The position numbers and the translations under genes are program-made. A DNA stretch of 55,152 nucleotides, counting the filler, from Basidiobolus ranarum (taxonomy: Eukaryota): NCBI GenBank assembly GCA_040143965.1. It is 4 parts of 4 records of this genome, joined end to end, with 100 filler letters (N's around TTAATTAATTAA, not from the genome) between each part and the next. Parts side by side here need not be neighbours in the genome. Positions count along the whole stretch, not along the records: positions 41,451 to 55,152 come from JASJQH010007343.1; 3 more parts are not named here. One strand, 5' to 3'. Under the pieces are notes generated by a model. That model made no database searches and was not told where the DNA came from. It was given only the letters and a program-made list of their open reading frames with translations. Numbering within the stretch: the stretch's first letter is position 1; each line of letters starts with the position of its first letter. Shown here in pieces: positions 46,086 through 55,152 of this stretch.

Positions 46086-49000
46086 CTAGTCCTCTTCATC
46101 GTTGGCTGGTTTAAATTTCTTTTCAATTCGGATGTTCTACGGAAAAGTGGGATATCAGTGAATTTGAATTTAACCAACAACTGAATCAACTCAGTAGCTA
46201 CTTACCGAAGAGGGCTTAAAGGCGAACCCAGCTAACGTTGACTGAGTCTTGCGTTTCCTGGTTACGTGCTCAAGTCCATCGTCTTTGGTCATGTCATCTT
46301 GAGTCTCCTCAAAGAAGCTATTGGTACGATCTAAATCTCGATTTTGATGAGGACTGATCACCGCAAAAGGATTCCCTTTGCCATTTTGGGGCTTTTTGGG
46401 GGTATAAGCTGAATCGCAGTGGAGATTAACTTTAGAATTACAATATCAGCGTTTCAAGATAAAATAGAAATGACCAACTTTTTGTTACGGGCCTTTTTGC
46501 CGGTCCCTCTCGGGCGGGGGAGGAAATCTCTTGGAGTTGGGTGTCATCATTGGAATCTAGTACCGATGATTCCTCGTGATGTGTCTCGGTAGGGTTGGGA
46601 CGACTCTCGATGAGCTGAGGGGAAGAACTAACCTCACGTTGCTGATATCTAATGGATCTGATACTAGGGATTGCTGTTTTAGCCGAGTCTCGACTTATAG
46701 GCTCGCTATAGCCTTTGCTCTCCAAGTGAAAAGATTGGTTTTGAGTAACACGTTCACGCTTTTGCTGCACTTCAATCATACGAGCCTAATTAGTTAAGGA
46801 ATTGTTAGTGTTCCGAGGCGGTGAGTTTAGATTCATTTTAATCACTCACCTCCTTCACTAAATTCATACGTTCAGCTAAAGCAGATAAACGATGGAATAT
46901 AGCAATTTTGATGGCGGCATCGATGTGTTGAGGTAGCTGAAGAAGTGTAGCAAGCTCCAAAGCCTTCTGAATTCTGTCCGTCTTACATGCTGTCTATAAA
47001 CGAACGGGTAGGTAAGGTTAACTGAGTGTGATTGCTAAGTGGTTTATCTTATCGACTTACTTGGATAAGTTGAAGGACATGTTTATCCATTTCAGTCTTG
47101 CGCTTGAGCATTTGAATTTCCAGTTCTTCTTCATCTTTGACGATTTCTTCAACTTGTTTGACCATTATGCTTCCTCTCATGATTTTTTCTTCCAACGTTC
47201 CAATTTGAGAATCCAGATGGAGTAGTGGGATTTGGAGATTGAGTTCACTAATGATGGGCTTAGGAAACTGTGGATATTCCGTCTCTCCCTATATTTTTGT
47301 ACAGACTTCTTTAGGGTACGCTTCACTTGCACTACATTACCAAAGTTATTTATCTACCTTGCAAACGACACACATTAGTTGTGATTCTGTAACACCTACT
47401 GCCCAGTAGGTCTCCTGCTTGCTTTGACTGGTAGCCCAAGCTTGTGAGTCAAGTACGGGAATCCAGTTACCGGGGGTAGTGTCTTGGTAATTTTCTAAGA
47501 TTCTCAATACTCCATCATCGTCGTAGGAGACAGGATGCTACATTACAACGATAAAGTTAGACAAGCCAAGATATATTTCACCAATATTAAAATATTACCC
47601 CGAAATCGGAGAAATCTAGCCAGGCTAGTTGTGCACTATTCGACAAAGAAAGGTCCCCTTGTTGAACGATTTTCCGAGTTTCAACATTGTAGAGGCTGTA
47701 GGTTAATCTAGAGTAATTGTCTACATTTACGTTTACCAAACTTGGTTGAGTATACGCTTACTGTGTGTCTACAAATTAAATCATTTTAATTACCGTTTTG
47801 ATTTCCGTGAGCAAGAAGAAGATACTGATCGTAAGCAGCCACAGAGATCACCGGTACCGTAGAGAATATCCAGGTCTGGATTCCACTGTAGGAAAAGAGG
47901 CGGACGTAATGCTTGGAGGTGATCACTACCGCTCCTTTACTAGTTAATGTAACCACTTCAGGAAAACGATCCATTATGTTAGTATTGAATTGAATTTATG
48001 AGCAGGATAGAGAGTTACTTACATTCCACGTCTTCACCTGGAGGTAGTTGCACAGTCCATTCGCTCTTAGTGGCCCAACTTTCAAAGGGTCGATAGAATA
48101 CAGTACTGGCCACTTCATCATGTGATTTAACACCAAATAAAGCACCTCGCTTACCTAAAGAAATCTACTCAGTACAGCCAAACATTAGCAAGATGTAATT
48201 GAACCATTGAACCAACCAAGGTAGGCATGAGTGTATTTGTATGGATCGGTAAAGTGGAACCCACGATGGGTGGATTTGTCATGGAACTCGACTGTGACAG
48301 TAGCATGATCTCCTTGATCAATGGAGATGATAACACCAGTCATGTTAAATGCTAAACTCAGATAGGTATTGATCAGTAAGCTTTGGCATGTGATACGCTG
48401 AGATATATTTAATTACCGAGATATCTATGGCTTGCTTGGTAAGGTGTGGCTCCAGGCTGTAGGGGATAGATCTCCATAGGGGCTGGCACTGACGAAGAAA
48501 TATAATCAGACAACCCGTATATCGTAGAGATCGGCAGTATCACTTACTTGGAACAGGGTTGAAGGACCTGTGCTTTCTTTTTCCAATATCATCGTCAATA
48601 AAAGAATCCATATCGCTGTCGTCCAATATCATCAACTCTTCTAACAACAATCAAAATATAAGAATGAAGCATGGACATTGAGGAGTGACTTCACTCAAAC
48701 CTTCTTCTTCTTCTTTCCCGTTCGAGTTGGCACCTTTATCATCGTCAAATATGCTACTCAGCTCATTGTTGGTTTCTTTCTTGAAAACCACTGGGTCAGG
48801 AAGGTTCTTATCAACAGGGATAACACTGTCCCAGGTCATAAGCTGGCCTATGGTATCTACCTATAGAATCACGAATGGAGTTCCATTAGTCGAGTGCACG
48901 AGCATGAGTGAAGTATCGAAGCTTACATAAGATATTGTGTTCTTCTTAGGGTGCCAAGCAATCCCACAAACGATGTCTGAATGTTTCTGTCTAAAAAGCA

Positions 49001-50279
49001 CTAAGGTTAAGTTCCACCACCTCTACTGGTCACGTTGGAGTGAATTGGCATTACCTGTCAATGGTGACTTTTCTTTCGGTTTCCCAGACCAACACTTGAT
49101 AATCCGCAGCCGAAGAAATCAGGTACCTACCATTGGGAGACCAACAAAGTACCGAGACATTCTAAAGCAAAGGGTTTAGTAGTCCGCTCGGGGATACAAA
49201 TCTCAATATTCTTTACCGAGGTATGGCCGTCACTTAGTTGAAATGAGGTGGTCCAGTTTTCGGTGCTCAAAATCAAAATATCTGGAAATGAATGAGTATG
49301 TTGTCCTTGATACACCATAGAACTGTGGAAGTACTACCTTTATTTTTCCCAGGCACGGCTAAATATTTCCCTTCCGGATGCCAACGGAGATTCGCTTGCT
49401 CACCCGACCTGTGGATAGAAAATCGCTCAATACTTAACTCCAATCAGTAATGTGGGTTGATGAGACTTACGGTGCATCTGATGGAGCAGAGATTTTGGTT
49501 AGAGTTTTGACCAAAGGTTCCTCTTGGTTATTCAAGTCCCAGATCTTTATAGTGCCATCACAATCAAGGGAAGCCTACAATTGGAAGTGTTAGTGGTGAA
49601 AGCGAACACAAGTACGTATCTAGAAGTTACCAATAGGCCTCCTTTGGGATGGAAGGAAACTGTTTGAAGTCCTTTGCTATGGCCCTTTAAAATGCGAATA
49701 TCCGATATATTCATCAAATTCACGATTTTGATGTTTTGCTCACTACAGGAGAAAAATGATGAGCTTTCTGCATTGGATGCTATCTAGAAGCGCTTACTCA
49801 CTCAGAAGCCACTGCTAACTCAAGGCCGTTGGGACTGAAAGATATACTCCGGATAGGGAGTGTGCACCTCGTAACCAAGGTTTCCATTTTTAATGAAGGA
49901 TAGCTGAATAGACGTACGGCATTATCTTCGCAACCAGTGGCGATTTGGGAGTTCTAAATAGCAATAATTATTCAGAATGTGGTTTAATTGGCCTTCGTGT
50001 GTGTAGATAGGTTTTTACAAGGGTGTCAATGCAGGTAACTGCTTCAGTATGGCCGTCAATCAAAGCTGCTTCTGAGTCTCTCTCCTCTGGAGAAGTTTTG
50101 AACACACGACACAAGCTATCCGTACCACCAGTAATTATCTGACTGAATAAACAAGTTAGAGGATTGCTTTTTCTGAGGGTAAGGCCATATTAAACTCACT
50201 CTCCGGTAGTACTATAAGCTACCACTGTGTTTCCCTCGGAATGAGCGAAACGAGGGTGAACTTTGGTGAATGAAGGCAT
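46086..50279 (-). CDS. CTF4: Replisome hub protein Ctf4/Mcl1/AND-1 (WD40 plus SepB domain), many exons
   Basis: Start MPSFTKVHPRFAHSEGNT, IITGGTDSLCRVF, LVTRCTLPIR, QPGATP...RYL|AFNMTGVI...TVEFHD...FHFTD, FESW...EWTV.LP.GED, YVRLFSYSG.Q and YWAVG. Stop TAG at 46086-46088. Confidence 0.92.
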
Positions 50280-50759
50280 CTCTTGAATGTCGTATAGCAA
50301 GCTCTAAATCTGTGAGTAGTTTGTATTCTTGAAACTGTTGACCTGTAGGCAAAAACCAAAATAAAAATTGTTCGCCGTTGAAAAATTATTTTTATAGAGT
50401 GAAAGCGATTCGTTCTTGCTAGAGCTGGTAAACACTTCCGTTTATACGAAAGTGACTTAATGTTTGCTTCTCGACCGAAATATAAACAAAACTTAGAGTG
50501 AAACAGTGATTTGCTAGAGATGATTGGTTCAAGTGGAATGTTTTTTAAATTTGCGATCGTAAGATTACCAAATTCTCAAATATATAATATCAGGCCTTAA
50601 ACTCCTCTTTTGTGAATGCTATGTCCATCTTTTATTTGCATGATGATCAAGGAAGCATTGACGATAAAATGTGAAGTACAGTTTGCAAAAGAGTTACTTT
50701 ATTTCTTTTGTTGTTATTTCGAAGTGAAGATTTTGACTACACAATACTGTATTATATAC

Positions 50760-52300
50760 TCTCCGTAGTCTAACAAAGGGGTAATCTCACCCGTGATATC
50801 CCACTTTTAACGTTTAATGTATGGTCAAAACATGGAATCTTTATGTCATGGACTTAGCATAAGTAACTGCACTGCTTACAAAAGCAAATATGGGTCCAAC
50901 TCTTTTACTACTGCTGTTTTTAGAAGGTTGATTGATACTCAGTCAGATTCCTCTTGTTGAGTACTTGTCAAATTAAAGGTGGCTAAATCCCATGCCATCG
51001 ATACCGTTGATGCATTTCCAGAGCAGTTTGATGGTAAGGATTAGTTTTAGGCGAACGGTCGTGAACCCGACGCTGATATTCTATGGATCAGTAGAATGGC
51101 TCACTCTCAATTCGTAAGACAATTTCCCTTTGATGAACCCGGGAACAGATTTCGAATCAAGTCTACCTTTTGGGATACAAAAAGAAGATCGTGAACAACC
51201 ACATACACTCATCATAAAGGAAGTTCCTAACATGTGCTTTAACAACACATCGCAAGTGCGCAATTAAAATACAGTAGATACCATATGTTTTACCTATGCA
51301 AACAAATATCAAAGTGAAAAAATCAGAACGGATGTTTTGCTACAGTGCCAGTCTTGAACATTGTCCAGGTAATACATGCACATATGCATAAATGGATGTT
51401 TATAGAACGTGTATGTAAATGAATGTCTATTACCTTTCCATAAATCTTAAACCAAAATCGCCATCATCATGCTGAATACTAGAAGCGCGAATCTGATCGA
51501 TCAGTGGACAATATCCTGGTGTATGAGAACGTGAAAAAATTCATTTACAGCAGTCGGGAGTTCTACATAGAGATAAATCCTATTATGGTTTTACCTTGCC
51601 TTTCAACACTATACGCAACGTTAATATGCATATCTCTGGAATGGCTATCCGGAGATTATTTGAACCCACAAAGATTCGTGTTTACCAAGGGGGCACTGGC
51701 GTAGATTTGAGCTCATTTTTTAATAAAACGCTCCTCCAACATCCTTTACAACAATGAAATACCTGATTCAGTATGGAAAGATACCCGGATGCCACACCAA
51801 TGGTCGCATTTCTTCAGAATCACTGTATTAAATGAGCAGAATTATCCGAGGTAATGTCGATATCTTGGCTATCGGAGTTGGACGTCTTGCTGTCACATGC
51901 ACTCCAGCTTTGTGGTGAGTGAAGTGTCTCGTACATATCAGTGAAGGAGTCTCCGCAAACTCCACGAATCAATCCACTGTGCTCTATAGACTTGTCTGTG
52001 GGCGTTGCGAGTGGGTTCGGATTCCGCAATAATCTGACTGTTCTTAAGCCTAGTTCACTTGTGTTTGAAATTAGCCAAAATGGCGGCATAAAGCTCTGTA
52101 CCAAGAACCCTAGAAACGGTCGCATCTGTTTATCCAGATATGTCTCATGTCCAGTAAACAAACCCAATGTCATCAATCAAACTGTACTCCACGAAAGTGG
52201 GCCTCTAGCCTTAAAAGAGTGTTTCATTCTGCGCTTGCTTCTGTCGCATACTTGCTATCGAGATGGCTAGATCGATACCCATCTTCGATCTTTTCAACAG
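50760..52300 (-). mobile_element. Degraded non-LTR (L1-like) reverse transcriptase relic
   Basis: Ordered remnants: MKHSFKARGP (cf. KAPGPDG), EHSGLIRG (cf. EQSGFIPG), DSEEMRPLVWH (cf. DFEKAFDRVWH), VERQG, LLVF..DD..AIL, LLKHML...MMSV. Many stops and frameshifts. Confidence 0.45.
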
Positions 52301-53066
52301 CTTCGCCGACTCAGGGTTGCAAGACATTAATATCCATACATTGCGAGGGATATGTGCTACGTCAAACGATACAACAGCGTAGAAAATCCTCTCAAAATAG
52401 AAAATAGTCGAACATTAATTTGGCTAAACAATGGCACTCATGGGCTCTGAACAAGGAATGCACACAATGCATGACACATGTTTGTATCAGTGTTTGCAGG
52501 ATGTATTTAGGCAGAGCTGCTAGTTCAATATGCCCAACCGTTGCGTGTGGTAAATGATCCTCTGCACAAAACTGGATTCATCAACCTCAATCGTAAGGAG
52601 ATGGCTATGGACAGCCTAAATTAAATGTTTAAAAGCTCTCCTTTGGACTACATTGTGTTGTTCCTTTTCTGGAAATTCAATTGATGCGCAACTTAGGGAT
52701 TGATGAGATGTGGTTGACTCTATTGTTTATTCATTAGGCTAAACTAAAACTGAATCCAATAATCGAAACCTCCCTTTTCAGAGTTGCCCCTTGCCCACTT
52801 CTTAGCCGGAAAGCTTACTATATTTTACCTGCCATTGCTCCTCCTCATTGACTTAGCTACTTACTTCTACTATTCTTTTTCCTTGTATCCAAGCACTTTG
52901 GAGAGCTCTTTGTAGGAATATTCTACTACTTCACACCTTGAGGTAGTCCCTTTTCCCACAACTACACACACTCTTTCGTCAACACTGACCAAAGTGATAT
53001 CCAGTTGACTTGAAACGCCCAGGTTGCTTCCACTCCTTGATTAATATCTCACCTCGACCGTTCCCA

Positions 53067-53449
53067 ATGCTTTCAGTATCTGCTAATGGAAATCTACCAA
53101 CACCTGGCCTGAACGTCATGTCAGAACACAAACTGAAAAAAATGATGGAACAGAACAATTATTTGAAACATCAACTGGACCAACAACGAGTTCCAATTTC
53201 ACAAGCCAGTCAAATGTAAGCAAATTCTCCATATATTCCTCCTTATTATTCAATGAACTGCATTAATACTCTAAAGAATCGAAACTTCCCTTGAACTGCG
53301 ACTTCAAGTTAACGTTCTTTGCTCCATTTAGGTTAATCAAGTATGTCACAACAACTAGAGATTATCTAGTACCCTCCGTCTGGGGCTCTCCCAATACAAA
53401 CGATCTATTCGCGGCTAAAGGGGCCGGATGCGAGTGTAATGTTATGTAA
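53067..53449 (+). CDS. Heterotrimeric G-protein gamma subunit; intron 53216..53331
   Basis: MSEHKLKKMMEQNNYLKHQLDQQRVPISQAS..LIKYVTTTRDYLVPSVWG...GCECNVM*, ending in a CaaX box. Confidence 0.92.
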
Positions 53450-54013
53450 AAAAATATACGTTAGGAACACCATTCTTGAAGCAAAGCTTGTTTAATTTAA
53501 TTCAAATGTTCTCTTAGTTCTTCTTACAATACTACTCCGTACACAACTCTTCTATTATTCTATGTATTCTTAATCTGTTGGAAGGACCCTTTTCTTAGGT
53601 CGGATTTTTTGTTCATTATATTGATTTCGTACAGATGATGAATGTTCCATACTCAGTAAGTGTAGAGAATTGGATTCTCTATGCAGCTTGGGTGAATTTA
53701 CTATGCTACGCCTCCCCTATTTATTTGGTGAAAAATCTAAGATCAATATGAAGATCGACTGATAAAGTTGCTATTCAAATGCACACTGAATTTCGTCTCT
53801 AAAATCTACAAATCCTATTGTTGTTAGCTGAATTAGACAACAAGATTTGAATGTTTATTATCTAGGCAGGAAGCCATCGATGGAAAAGTCTTGAATATAT
53901 ATTAAGAGTGGATTATCTGCTAGACAGGCAAGCCCCACACAACAGCAGAGCAGACTGCCCAGCATTACGGCAAACAATAAATCGGATCGCATAGTGCGTG
54001 TGTTATCTCCACT

Positions 54014-55152
54014 TCATGTTGACAAAGCAACGATCTCTTCGCCAGCCTCTACACCATAGTAATCGATTTCCCGGAGATCATCATTCATCTCATAGTCGAC
54101 CTATTTCACGGGTTAATTTTCTGTATGTTGGAGAGAACAAGTCTGAAAACCTACAATTTGAACTTCGCTTCCTGAATCGATTCGAGATCTTCGATATAAC
54201 TCCTGCTGGTTCGCAGGGATTTGAAGAAGCTTCTGAAGCAAATTCTTGAGACTACGGATGGTCATGTTGCCTAGACGGGATCAACGTGTTATCTCACTAT
54301 CATCACTACAATGCCACATCCAGCTAGTCAGAGGGTTACCTAACACTTTTTTCTTTATAGTCTTCGTTGGTTCCGCGTCTTTACTGGCACGCTTAGTGAT
54401 TGTGATAGCTATAATTGAGTGAAAAATCGACGTTAGCGCGAATCCATGATTTGGCCAAGGGTATATTGTCACTTACCGATCAATCTATCTTTTAGTTTGT
54501 TACTGTCAGTTGATAACTTCTTCGCTACTACCGGAGCTCCATGAACTGAGCGAATACGTTTGTTATGAATTCATCGTCTGTGCATATTCAAGGATTCACA
54601 ATCTTACTTTGACAAAGTTCTTTGAATCGTGGATGTATATTCTCCGGAGACTCGACAATTTCTTTGGCAATCGATGACAGATAAAATCTCTCGAGATCTG
54701 CACGCTCGCTGACGGTAATCTAAGCAAACCAATAAACTGGGTGAATACTGTCTTTCTGAGCCAACTAACTACTCAGTTGTGTAACTTGCCTGAGTTCCAT
54801 TTAGACTTGTCAGTTTCCCAACCCTTCCGATTATAATTGCTCGCGCATTGGCCTCTGAAGAGCCTAGAGATGAGCAGTGTAGAAATTGGCTATAGTTCAG
54901 TAGACCGCTACATGAAAGTACACAGGAAGAGACACGAACAAACCTTGTACTACAGGGTTGTTGCGGATTCGAAGCTCACGTAGACTGGGGAAATGGTTCA
55001 ATTGATCTATAGTTTCCCATTCCTCTACACCACAGTGTGTTAAATTAATAAACTCCAGCTTGAGGAATCCTCCTGAATATCTTAGCTTCTTCAAAGAGTT
55101 AAAGGTTAAGTTGATTTCTCTCAACCTGACAAATAAGATTAGTCTCTAGTTA
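54014..55152 (-). CDS. TBCE: Tubulin-folding cofactor E, 3' part (LRR plus ubiquitin-like domain); 5' truncated
   Basis: LRR W.TIDQLNHFPSLRELRIRNNP, ARAIIIGRVGKLTSLNGTQ|ITVSERADLERFYL, HPRFKELC..HGAP, MTIRSLKNLLQKL and EMNDDLREIDYYGV..GEEI. Confidence 0.88.

Noticed and set aside
1-55152. rRNA, tRNA or prokaryotic operon/defence systems
   Set aside because: No such signatures were recognised by eye, and the genes are spliceosomal-intron fungal genes. A covariance-model scan was not possible.

Overview
Eukaryotic, AT-rich, intron-rich fungal DNA. Introns are mostly short (~55-120 nt), with GTRAGT/GTATGT donors and CTAAC-like branch sites. Gene content and style suggest an early-diverging fungus (Zoopagomycota/Mucoromycota, Basidiobolus-like); that assignment is inference. 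The window is not contiguous genome. It consists of four contigs of 13731, 13713, 13706 and 13702 bp, joined by 100-bp N spacers that each carry a TTAATTAATTAA six-frame-stop linker. Contig 1: 3' end of a low-complexity protein gene, a PAP2/DPP1-family gene with degenerate catalytic motifs, an ABHD10-like hydrolase, a divergent CK2-beta, a Uds1-domain gene and a truncated double-Myb Teb1/Tay1-like gene. Contig 2: LINE relics, a GCN4/CpcA-like bZIP locus with elaborate upstream architecture, a multi-LIM protein and a subtilisin. Contig 3 (repeat-rich, accessory-like): a duplicated Cys-rich/CBM19 secreted protein, a Gypsy relic, an inverted-repeat element, an AIF/FSP1-like oxidoreductase, an intronless orphan and an animal-topology UGT. 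Contig 4: a DUF726-like hydrolase, TRM11, CTF4, a LINE relic, a G-protein gamma subunit and the 3' part of TBCE. The most interesting signals are the GCN4-like locus (self-binding sites, short uORFs, and a long in-frame upstream ORF with a splice donor whose alternative acceptors give different stop/start geometries), a 3-nt microexon that supplies the DPPY motif of TRM11, and a PAP2 pseudophosphatase.
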